Assembly (NCBI GenBank): GCA_000320545.1
Contig: ADNK01001513.1
Coordinates: 1 to 38,675 of the forward strand
DNA: 38,675 nucleotides
Direction: 5' to 3'
Source: Bigelowiella natans CCMP2755
Taxonomy: Eukaryota; Protista; Cercozoa
The notes under the pieces are model-generated. The model ran no database searches, was not told where the DNA came from, and worked only from the letters and a program-made list of their open reading frames with translations. Positions 1 to 13,286 of this stretch are shown one piece after another. Numbering within the stretch: position 1 is the first letter of the stretch; each line of letters starts with the position of its first letter. The translations under genes and the position numbers were made by a program.

Positions 1-355
1 AAATCCTGCCCCCCTGCTACGCGGCATCCCCCCCCTCCTGCGGCTCACACAAATTTTAAGCCGAGAGAGGGCCTAAAGGCCTATGCAGCAGTCGTTCAAT
101 ACCTGAACCCAGAGAGGAAATACTGAAGCAGAGAGGTCTAGCTGGTGGCATCACAACCCGCACACGATTCATCAAACTCATCCTTCTCTTTCTTCTTCTT
201 CTTCTTCTTCTTCTTCTTCTTCTTCTATTGCTCCAATCTGGACAAAGACAAAGACCGTCAGTAAATGATGCCAATCTACACATAAAGAAAGCGAGAAAGA
301 GATGTTCCGTGATTTGTTGGACGATACATACATCATGATAGATTTCGATCTACAT

Positions 356-410
<55 letters not shown>

Positions 411-411
411 A

Positions 412-455
<44 letters not shown>

Positions 456-808
456 CCGGATGTCGATCGAAATCAACCATGAGGTACGTTCCGTCCAACA
501 AATCACGGAACATCTCCTTCCCGCTTTCCTAATGTGTAGATTCGCATCATCTACTGACGTTCTTTGTCTTAGATTGTAGCAACAGCAAGAAGAAGAAGAA
601 GAAGAAGAAGAAGAAGAAGAAGAAGAAGAAGAAGAAGAAATCCTCTACGTACTTACCGGTTGTGATGCCACCACTAGACCTCCTGCTTCAAGTATTTCCG
701 GGTTCAGCTTTTGCAACGACTGCTGCATAGCCTTTAGGCCTTCCTCTGCCTCAAATTGTGTGTCAGCCGCAGGAGGGGGGGATGCAGCGTAGCAGGGGGG
801 CAGGATTT
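1..808. repeat. Imperfect long inverted repeat (fold-back): 1-357 is a reverse-complement copy of ~455-808, centred on a (TA)n tract
   Basis: 1-56 AAATCCTGCCCCCCTGCTACGCGGCATCC... matches the reverse complement of 755-808. (TTC)n at ~191-226 mirrors (GAA)n at ~587-639. GATGTTCCGTGATTTGTTGGACG (301-323) mirrors 492-514. The arms differ by many small indels and substitutions. Confidence 0.9.
358..453. repeat. (TA)n microsatellite, ~96 bp with two interruptions; axis of the fold-back
   Basis: Directly visible in the sequence. Confidence 0.95.
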
Positions 809-1346
809 GACGGGATGATGATGATGATGATGATGATGTTCTTGGTGCTGTTCTCCCATGCACGCCATGCGATTCAAACCACCCCTGTCTCCTCTTGTAG
901 TTCAGTATTTTTTGGATTCTCCCTCTCCCTCCTCCTCCTCCTCCTCCTCCTCCTCCTTCGCGAGAAGTTGATGTCGTATCTGTTCGTGTTGTTGTTGTTG
1001 TTGTTGTTGTTGATGATGATGATGATAATGAGGTCGTTTATCACACGGGAGGAAGAACAAATTATACATAGAAACAAGAAATTCACTGCCTTACGTGGAT
1101 GATAAGGGCGAAAACAGCTTAGCTGAACAGATGAAGCAGCTCCTAGAGTGTCTCTTGAGTGCTGATAATAGATGTAGGTAGTATTGAGTCTAACAATCGT
1201 TGTCGTTTGTTGTTGTTGTTGCTCTTCCGCCTTCTTTACTTCCTATTTTTCACTCTCCATCTCACCGATAAAAGAGTTTTGAAGGCCACCAGAATCAACA
1301 AGATTGGGGCCACAAGCGCGAGGGAGGAGGAAATCCGTCGTCCCAT
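457..1346 (-). CDS. 5' part of a spliced gene; putative plastid-targeted protein with bipartite leader (signal peptide + Ser/Arg/Gly-rich transit-like peptide); 3' end missing
   Basis: Exons 1346-1266, 1161-1095, 979-657 and 528-457 are joined by GT-AG introns with matching phases (0,1,0). Product: [60 protein letters not shown]...[114 protein letters not shown]. The next donor (GTAATA) runs into the TA tract. Confidence 0.75.
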
Positions 1347-2364
1347 GGTTGATGCTCGTGGGGGGTGGGGAGTGAGGTACCCCTCTGGCTTCTATTGGCC
1401 GATCTCAGGCTTAAATGTGGGATTTTGGAGGAAAATCGGTCCAAAATCCCCTGTGTTACCTATATTTTACCGCTGTTTTCCCTTGTCGCACATGGATTTC
1501 GTAGGCTCTACGTAGGCCAGTAGTCGGCCCGAAACACCATCATCATCATCGTCGTCTGGAGAAGTAGTATCACCCGACGTGGTCTGATCAGTGCTGTCAT
1601 TCCTTCTTCACATGCTACTTTCCGACGAGGAGGAGGGGGAGAAGGAAGGCTGTGTGGCCCGTCAGAGGACCCTGAATGGCCATCGTAGAGCTTGCATCAT
1701 TGCGCTGGTGGTGCTTGGTGCATGTAGATCTTACCATCTGGAGAATCATGGGGGGGGGGAATGGCACTCCGCCCGGTTGTTGAAACAATCAGAGCAGGGG
1801 GTTCGAAGTGGCACCCACGAATTACCGGCGCTCGATGACGGACCTACCCGATCTTGGCTGTAAGTGCCCTGAAAAAAAGATGCAACTATAACTAGCTAGC
1901 TAGATGGTGCACGGACTAGAGGATTTGAAACAAATGGAAATGGCAGTAGCACATAGGCGATGATAAAATAATAAATAATGTGGCGGTAGACTAAGCTGCA
2001 CTCGTACTACATTCTCAGCGAATAAAATGTGTTTGTAAGGATTTGCAACTCAAACGGATTGATCTGACATCTGAAAGGTATAATATGCGAATTCAAGCGC
2101 AAGCGCGCTGTGGATATGAAGAGAAGCTCGTCTCCAAAGGCCAGCCATTGAAAAGGTAGATGTCGCTCACCATGCATTTTAGATTAAGGATGACCATTTA
2201 CGAACAATGTTCATGAGTGTTCGGTTTGCCTACTTCAGTTTCAATATAGAGGGGAAGGACCTGTTCCAAAGCTTGAGAAGGTTTGTCATCCAATCGAAAT
2301 ACCGTTTATACTATCTGGGATGGTGCATACATCTCTCTATTCACATTCCTCTAATTTATCACAA

Positions 2365-2398
<34 letters not shown>

Positions 2399-3680
2399 AA
2401 CTAACTAGCATCATCCCATTTTCTAGGCATTGGAAGAAGGGAGAAGAGCAAGTGCATCATGATAACCAAAGCAGGCACTCATTTGATATGAGGTGGTGTA
2501 TGTAGTAGTAGTAGTAGCTGTTGTTGTAGTAGTAGTAGTAGTAGTCGCTCATTGGATGATGATGTTAGGACAGACAGATAGACATAACAGTTGTGTGGCA
2601 ACAATATCTATAACAGGGGAACATATTTGAGGCAAACAATAACGGATTAGGGGAGACAACATCTCCTACTCGCCCCCCTCATATACTTGTACATAACACA
2701 CCATAGCCTTCGATTCGGAGATGGGTCTTGTCTAGAGCCTGTCCGTTTGCTAGGAATCGGTGAGTAAATAGGGGTGGGTTTGTTATAGAGGGAGGAGGAC
2801 TATCAGCAAAACGTACAGCCGCATGGCGAAACAACCAAGCTGCTCACAGCGCTATTCTCTTAAAATCCACGCATGCTCTACCATGTTATGAATTATGATG
2901 CTATTCCAGGGCCTCTGAAGCTTGTGATGGAGTATAGAAACAACCGCACAGGTAGTGATCGAAGAAGAAGAAAAAGAAGAAGATTAGGAGAAGCAGCACT
3001 AATAATAGCAGCAGCCGTCTCCGTGAGAAGGAGGGAAGAGAGATATGCAGCAAGGAAAGGGGGGAGGCTGGATCAACCACTATGATAAATACTACGGCAA
3101 AAACAGCAACACCATGGAGGGATGGTGACGATGCCATTCGATCGTGATAACACTTACTGGTGACATCTTGATCTGAAATATAAAGGTGAAAGCTGTGCAA
3201 TCAAGAGCTATATTGGACCAATATCTCGCATTTCAAGAGGATATGATGGGTACGTATAGATTCAACCAAACGCAAACTTACCACGCAGATTATATTATAT
3301 CTATTATTTAATTTTGATATGATAAACAAAGTGTGCGCACATAAGGAAGAAAGGTAAGCACGATCTCGAGTCTATAATGATCTATTCTCAGGTACGTACG
3401 ACTGTGCAGAAGAGAGCGTGGGAAGCTGCAAAGATTGAAGTATATCGATGGCTTCGTTAGCCTCAAACGCCCTGCGGAATATAGCAGAATCACGATGGCC
3501 TTTGGGTATGATTCCACGCACACACCGCACTCGTTAGAGTTGTTTAAAATATTGTTTAAAATATAATAGCAATATTGCAGTTATATTCATCGCTATCATC
3601 GTCTCTCTCGCTTGAATATCCTCCTCATGCTTAAACAACACTCCCTCCCTCCCTCCCTCCCATCGTCTTTGTAACAATAG

Positions 3681-4122
3681 CTGGCCATGCCTTATTGAGG
3701 AGGTGGTGCCTGGAATATCGTTGTACGTGAACAAATTAAGATCTTAGATACTAATATAGAATACCTAGCCATCAAACCAAACTCCTCCGTAGCAGTAGTA
3801 GCAGCAGCAGCAGTAGTAGGCTCCTCCTCCTCCTCCTCATCCTCCTCCTCCTTTTAACACCACTTTTCCCTATCAGATCTGAGGGTCGGCATGAACTTGA
3901 GAAGCTCGTCAATGAAATTGCTGAGGTGAAGGAGGAGGAGGAGGAGGAGGAGGAGGAGGAGGAGGACGGCGGAGAAGTAGCTCACACCAGAGATAAGCAG
4001 GAACTTCAACGTTCTTTTGAAAAAGGAGGGGAGGGAGGAAGAAGCAATCCCACTAAGCAATCTAGCCATGATGATGATGGATTTGTTGCGTTTGATTGCA
4101 GCACCACCCAAAAACTGAAAAG

Positions 4123-4153
<31 letters not shown>

Positions 4154-5551
4154 CTTCATGGTTATCAGCACATTCTCGTCCTCCTCCATCATCATCATTA
4201 TGTAGGTTTATTTCCAGAAATCCACACCACATACACAACTACATACACATACATACGAGATGTTGCTTTTATATCCCCCCCCCCCCCCTTCCTTGCAGAA
4301 TATGCGTGCTCATCTCCCAAATGACTAGCTGCATCCATAGGGCTGCCATAACGCTACAGGTAATAGTAGTAGTAGTAGGAGGAGGAGGAGGAGGAGGAGT
4401 CGTTGTTGTAGCTGTAGTAGTTGTGCTATGAGGCTTAAGAATAGACTGTGGTTACTGCTGCTTCTTCTGCCGATGTGTTTTGTTGATCACTATATCACAC
4501 CACGACCTCACTTTAAAGCATCATTGGGAATTCTTATTATAGGAGTGCGAGAAAATCGGGTTGATGGCTAAATGGGATAAGGAGCATGTTTCCCCTTTGG
4601 ATATGATGCTGCCTGGGGTTAGTTCTTTGCCTATGCACGGAAAATGCCAAACGCACAAGCTCAACTTAAAAGAGATCATGTGTACGATTATTGCACCGAT
4701 TCGTTTCCCCCGATGTTTGCTACATAGCATGTATAAGAGTCGTCCTGGTTTTAATATCGATCGTTGCTCCTCATAGAATGCAATGCTTTTGTTGTTCATT
4801 ACGCAGACATTTCTTGACCCTGCGTACGTCACAGACATACAGGCAAACGTAAGCAGGGTTTCTCTCTTTCTTTGTGTTGGTGTATGGTGATAGGATTGCA
4901 TTAGACATCTTCAAAGGGAACACTATAAAAATAGCATCTTCTCCTTGTTGCTCTCTCCCTCTTTTTGGTATCAAGGCTGGCGTTCACTCTCACCATTCTC
5001 TTTTCCAAAACAGAAACCGTCAAATCATTCCCGCCGCTGGCCGTATCCAATGAATGTAAGATAAATGGCCAAGAAGACATTATTGCTAGTTCTTTCACTA
5101 AATTTCAATGCATATTTTTTACTCGTTGTATTCGCAGCTGCTCAAGTTGTCATCAGAGCTGTTATCGCACAAGAGGCGTTTACTGAAAGCGCATGGGTTA
5201 GCCTTATTAGTATTGCTGCTCCAAATACTTTCATTGTACAGAAACTGATCATTTTTGCTGAAGCTCCTCAAATTGCAATTGTATGATGTCATCATTGCTG
5301 CCTTAGGGTTCGAATAATTACCAAAACAGCTCAAGGACACCTAGAGAAGCTCCGAGCTTTACACATAAAGGTAAGAAATCAAACGCGATGGGCTCTTTCT
5401 ATCTTTCTTAATTTCGTCCAATTATACACAGGGGAAAACAAATCAAACCGTTGTCCAACCGTCAGACGTTCTAGATGCACTGAGGGGGTTATCAATGATG
5501 AGTGTGTGTCCAACCCCAAAACGCAAGCGACAAGAACACACTATTGGCTGA
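3681..5551 (+). CDS. Multi-exon hypothetical protein; both ends uncertain (may extend upstream towards ~2040)
   Basis: Chain of phase-compatible AG/GT-bounded exons: WPCLIEEVVPGISL / SEGRHELEKLVNEIAEVK(E)nDGG...TQKLKR (~3877-4122) / ICVLISQMTSCIHRAAITLQ / ECEKIGLMAKWDKEHVSPLDMMLPG / NAMLLLFITQTFLDPAYVTDIQAN / HLLLVALSLFLVSRLAFTLTILFSKTETVKSFPPLAVSNE / SAQVVIRAVIAQEAFTESAW. No recognisable domain. The frame of the last exons is ambiguous. Confidence 0.45.
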
Positions 5552-6249
5552 CATATTTGCAAATTTACATCGATGATGCTTGTATTAGTTCTCAGTTGCA
5601 CTAGGATTAGCCTTATGATATTGCCATGCTCAGAGAGCACGCCGCTTGGGCCAGCAGGCGAATGAATGCGCAGCTGCGTGCTACATGTGTAGATGTAGTC
5701 GATGATATGTTGGCACTAACAGCGCTGAACTATTATAGACATGGAATACCACATGTTAATGCGCAATGCTGGATCTATATGTGGTGCAGGCCATGCATGC
5801 GTCTACGATCAGCGCTCACAAACGCGTTCACCACCTTGTACCGAGGCGAGGCGCTTCAGCGTGCATGCACATGCCTGCACGGCGATGACCGCGCGATGCA
5901 TAGAAACTGCTGTGTGTTCTTTTTCTGTCAAATGATAGTTTGGAATTTATGCCATGCCAATTGTGCATTTAGCCGCCGTGTTGGCGCTATACATCCAGAC
6001 GTACAACATATGCTCACAAGGATGGTGAATTAGTAACATAAGAACAACTCATTTTATTTGTGTCTAAACAAAGAAGATTATAAGATAATCCAATTTGCAT
6101 CCTTCTCCAATCATGCATGCAATACGTACAATCCATGATAATCATGCCTGCTTACGTAGTCAACATTTCATACGAAACATGCATGTGCTGCATAATAATG
6201 ACCCTATCAGACATGCATAGGTTGTCGCAGGTGCGAAAATCCAACAACT

Positions 6250-7095
6250 TCAACCAAAGAGCTTTGCAACAGACTCCAAGTAATAGGTGGGTTTTTCTCT
6301 GAAAAGATAGATGCCCAAATCATATATGATACATATATTCATATGGGCATTTCACTTGAAAGCTGCATTTGGTAATACTCTTTACTGTAGCTGTGCTCCT
6401 CCAAAGCCTGCAGGGGCGTTACCCCTGTAAGAACCACCATGGTGCTCACACCTGATGAGCGCAAAAGATACAATCTAATGAGTAAAGCTGTTCCAATCCA
6501 ATTATGGCAAAGAAGCCATGATGATGATGATCATCATCATTGTTATTATTATTATTACTATCATTATTATTATTATTCATCCACGACCTCCTCGATTGCC
6601 GAACACCATATCCGTGTTAAGTCTGTGCATCGATTGAGTCAAGGGGATATAACATTCAAAATCAAATCTTCATGCTCGTAATTAGTGTGCTGCTGCAGCA
6701 ACCGGTGGCGTGTTAGTCGGCCATCGCGAACAAACCTATCTCCGACCATTAGCACTCCGCTCAGATCTAAATCTGGGTATCTTGACCGTATTGCACTGAA
6801 CAATGAGGTTTATCACCAAATGGGCGGTGAGATAGAAAGCAGGCCGACAGCTTTTCTCTATTCGAGTGACGTAAACGTATACAAAGAAAATCTTGTAGTA
6901 AACATTGCAAACCTGAACATAACAGATTCAGGCTTCCCGACATTCTTTGCCTCCCTGTATTGTTTTTTACGATTAGTGTCGTCATCAAGATACAATATAT
7001 GATCACATCTTAGTTTACATTTGACATGATGCGGATACATGAGCTATCGTTGCGCCTGATGAGAACAAACGCAAGCTGAGCAGTGAGATCATAGA

Positions 7096-7130
<35 letters not shown>

Positions 7131-9072
7131 AAGTACTACTATACGAGGAGGCATCAGGAGGTATGATCTAGGTAGTTCGTTGCTTAGCATCCAATCGCAG
7201 CACCTGCTCCTGGTAGAAAGAGACCGTCCTCTGCCTTTAAATGGAGAAGACAAAATGAGAATTCCCAGTGGAAAATGGTTCGAATAAGCAGCCGCAAGAA
7301 AACATCATTGTCCGTTACTACTACTGCTAATACTACTGCTACTGCAAATTCTACTCCTACTTCTCAATCTCTACCGGAAATGTGTGATCCTGGTTGGTGC
7401 TAAGCAAGAAACAGCCTTTGTTCTTCTAAGAATTCCCGTGAGGTATAGGGGGCCAAGAAGGCGAGTGAGCAGTGTGCCGATAAGTGTCAACTTCGGCAGA
7501 GTTGAGTTTGAAATGGTGGCGGCAGTTAGACTGGGATTTCGTGTCACTGTGGTTCTCTATTGTTTTTCGAAACGCCACCTGGCAATATATTCCTGCGAGC
7601 GCACTCTTCGAGTATGTGAATGTAAGGTCCATCCCGGCGACTACAACTCCTACTTCTGCACGCATGTATCATCCAGCATGAGAACAGCACAACTTTTTGT
7701 CGTAAGGACTCATATCACGCAACAATTCTCTTCAAGGCTACTGCGACGATTTGCGGATGGTACACCCATCTAACCAACCTGGGTCCACAGGGATCTTGAT
7801 CAGATCCTTCGGCTGAATATCATTCATCTCTCAAAATATAACTCCAAGCAATGTCAAGCAGAAAGTACACACCTCCCATTGCTTACCACCTAGGATCTCA
7901 TTCACGTTTACGTACTGAGGAAAGAGAATTATGTGAAACCAATGCAAGATGAGGCCATTGGACTGTGACGTGGTCCAGTACTACTACCACCACCACAACC
8001 ACCACCGATGCTGTTACTATGTTATAACGACAACATCGAACCGAGATCCCGTGCTCCTTGAGTTCCAACTCTATTCCTTCATGCCCAATAACCAGTGCCT
8101 GCAAACACCATCGGCAACTCGGTGTCAAAGCCCCTTCTCGCCAGAAAATATACCACTGCCACCACCTTTTTCTTGAATCCAATCGATTGCAGATAGGAAG
8201 CAGCAGCGTAAGCAGAAGAAAGCACCTAGAGATGAAGTAGTGTGATACACCTCCCCCTCTTTGCTAAATCAACTCTTCTTGCTAATAACCTGGCTGGAAT
8301 CTTTGATGGGAATACCAAACTTACTTATCTTTGTCACATATCTGACGAGGTACGTATGTATGCAGTGGTAGAATGATTATTGTAATGATACTATATTGAT
8401 GCAACTTCCGTATGCATCACAGCGAGGATATGTCAAATTGATGATGATGACGACAACGATGGTGATGTGAGGTGCAACTTAACTGTTTTCGTGACTTCGT
8501 CGAGTTATTGGTGACAAAGAAAACTTTCTTCCCCTTTACAGTAATAACGATAAAATATCAGCGCTTCAAAACGCACATTGGAACATATCGTTTTCTGTTC
8601 TCATGAGAAATATAGATATAGGTGTATCATGCACATACATGTACATACTCATGTTTATGTTTATACTATGCTATTCAATCCGATAAATGGAGAACAAAAC
8701 AACAAACGTATTCCGACCGAATCCATCAACTTCTTGACAACATCTGGCGCACCCTCAACCTTGACGATAGCAACCTCCATCAGAGAAATATTATTGAGTG
8801 CCTTCAGTATAGCATGACGACCTTTTGACCACCTCTCCAAAGAACACCATCGCAGTCGAAAAGAAACTGGTATATAAGAGATACAAATCGGCTGAGAATT
8901 GCGAGGGACATGTGTCTGCCTGATACCACCAGATTCAATTTCCTCTCCCGCTGTTTGTCTCTCTCTCTGTGTGTGTGTGTTTGTGTGAAGTCCTCTCAAC
9001 CGTGTGGTACTTTTCCAGGAGCTTTCGTTCCCATTTAGGTATGGCCGACGTCTCCTTTTCCTCGTTCTGCAT
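6250..9072 (-). CDS. PGP: HAD-superfamily subfamily IIA hydrolase (phosphoglycolate phosphatase / 4-nitrophenylphosphatase / pyridoxal phosphatase family), many short exons
   Basis: Spliced exons give all HAD motifs: MQNEEKETSAIPKWERKLLEKYHT / FLFDCDGVLWRG (motif I, ~8831-8866) / VEGAPDVVKKLMDS / GKKVFFVTNNSTKSRKQ (motif II) / VLSSAYAAASYLQSIGFKKK / ALVIGHEGIELELKEHGIS / VGVVVAGMDLTFTYSKSALAGIYCQ / KNKGCFLLSTNQDHTFP / LPGAGATIAHVSASCQ / EAKNVGKPESVMF (motif III) / DLSGVLMVGDR-LNTDMVFGNRGG (motif IV) / VSTMVVLTGVT / EKPTYYLESVAKLFG*. Stop at 6252-6250. Exact substrate not determinable from sequence. Confidence 0.92.
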
Positions 9073-9789
9073 TCTAGTAGTTACAGGTAATGGAGGTAAA
9101 CGCTCGAGCCTCTCTGTCCGAGCACCGAGCACCAGCTGGCCACGTGCTAAATCGCATCAGCGGGTGCGACATCAAAAAGGTGGTGCCTAAAGCCTAAATA
9201 GACTTAATTTTACCAAATTATGGAAAATACCGCAAATTCCGGGAATACTTGAAAATCGGGTAGTGTTTGGCAGTACCCGCAAGAATCTGAGACAACACCC
9301 GTCAGTTACTCAAAAACAGGCTCATACGCCGTACAGGAAACGATTTAGTTGTCTTTTTGATCGAAATTCGATTTAAATTTACCCTGCGACATAATGTCTT
9401 TGTTGTCGTATCTTTGAGAAAGGCACGTGGCCCACACTAATCTGCTGTAAAAAGGACGAAAGCCAACGAACAAAAGCTCTCTCGATCTGCAAAGGAGGAG
9501 ACGACCTGACTTAGACGAAAGACAGTTGTACAAGGTTGATAAGCCACCAACTCACCGAGTAGGGGAACATTGATCAGTCAGACTCATTCTGTCCTGCTGT
9601 AGTTGCCCTGCCAAATAATAGTAAAGCTAATTCCGTTTTTGAAGAAATATCAGTTTTGTGAGAATGGCTTTATCTTTCTAAAGAAACTCTTTATTTGCTT
9701 GTTATTGTTACTATGATTTTAAATCTCTGTTGAATTTCCAACTATTGCGCTTATAGAAAGTGATTGGCAATTTTCTTTGCAGGAGCACG

Positions 9790-11861
<2,072 letters not shown>

Positions 11862-12368
11862 AGGACGAACATCTAATCCGCTTTCGGAAGTGAGTGTGAT
11901 TTTTTTTTTGAATCTTCTATTCACTTCCAACAAGTGGACAGCTTTTGCATCAGCTTGTGGTCATATTTTCCTCGCGAACGGGCTTGCGATGCGAACCTGG
12001 ATTTGAAAACACGTGGTTCAACGATGCACATGTTTTGCACTTACGTTTAGCATCACACGAGAAACATTGGAATTGTAGACAACAACTTTCGCACACCAAT
12101 CCAGGCTGGAAGGCGACAACAATGTGTAGCCATCTGTCCGATCACTCACCGAATTCAAATCATTCAATCACTAGCACCAGCTAGCCAGAGCAACGTACAT
12201 GCCATGCATGCGCTAGCTCGTGCTGTGTGCGTCACGCGCACTGGCTAGCTAGCGTAGTTCATCATGTGAGCGGCACACGTTTTGTTCACGTGCGTCCAGC
12301 AATCATCATCTCACCATTGTGCATCGTCCGTGATCATTTCAATGTTTTCTGAGACTCCATCAATTGCA

Positions 12369-13286
12369 CACACCTGCCAGGGTCGGGGGGGTCACAAAAA
12401 AATTCATCTAGAAAACTCTTGCAAAGTGCGTGCAAGTGTGTGATTTGACATCCGAACCTTTCAACGAAATAAAAATGCATGGAAAAACGTTTTCCAGCGC
12501 ACGCCGCACACAGGCTACGCTCGATCAGCTGAAAAACGCGCATGCATGCGCAGCGAATTTTGCGCAGCGCCAGCCAGCTTTTGTTGAAATTTCAGTCGTT
12601 GGTGATGCAACAAACACGCTGATGCGCTGATGCAGGTCGAAGCAGAACAAAAAAGCTGAGCCCCCCCCCCCCCCCCCGCCCCCCCCTCCTAGCCTCGTCA
12701 TCATTGCATGCACATGTGTGTGCAAGGGGCAGAGGGGGGTCACAGCGGACCGATTTTTTGTTGAAATTTGTGTGTGTTGAAACATCAAAAGAAAGTCAGA
12801 AAAAAGTTTGGTGGGAATCCGTTCACCCCCCACGTTTCATTGATGGCCAGACGTTGACACCTCCATGATCGTGTGTGACGACAAACTTCGATTTGTTCAC
12901 ACGCCGTCACCCTGGCCACGAGTGATGAAACTGGGCGTGCACAGGTTGAGATGTGTTTTCTGAAAGGCTAGAAGGTGCAGGTGGGTGCTGCATCATCACA
13001 ATGGTGAATGGCTCTGAACTTGCACGTTTGATCATGCATCGAAAAGCGTGACGAATTCGTCACGCACGGACACCTTGTCACCCTGCCTTGAGACACATGC
13101 ATGCACACATTCACAAATGTGCATGGCAGCCAAGCGCTTCCAGCCACATCAGCACATCATCGTGGCATGTCGTGTGAGCTTGCTAGCTTGGTGAACGCAA
13201 TTTCACGTGTGTGAGTCGCGGCCGCAGCGCGCAGCAGCTGCATGGCAAGGTCTGGCTGGCCTGGGGTCACCACCCTGGCAGGTGTG
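12369..13286. mobile_element. Putative non-autonomous TIR element (MITE-like, ~918 bp), heavily mutated
   Basis: Perfect 15-bp inverted repeat CACACCTGCCAGGGT (12369-12383) / ACCCTGGCAGGTGTG (13272-13286). Internal short repeats: GGGGGGTCACA x2, TTTTGTTGAAATTT x2, GTCACCCTG x2. No transposase and no clear TSD. Confidence 0.4.

Noticed and set aside
457-760. YqgE/AlgH (DUF179)-like identity for gene 1, from LEAGGLVVA
   Set aside because: Too short and weak a resemblance, and the diagnostic downstream motifs are outside the window.
1500-3680. Additional coding exons
   Set aside because: Several AG/GT-bounded fragments exist (possibly the 5' part of gene 2), but I could not build a phase-consistent or recognisable model.
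5264-5551. Histone-fold-like ending (TVVQPSDVLDALRGL) for gene 2
   Set aside because: It requires a 17-nt microexon and a 26-nt intron, and another open frame fits equally well.
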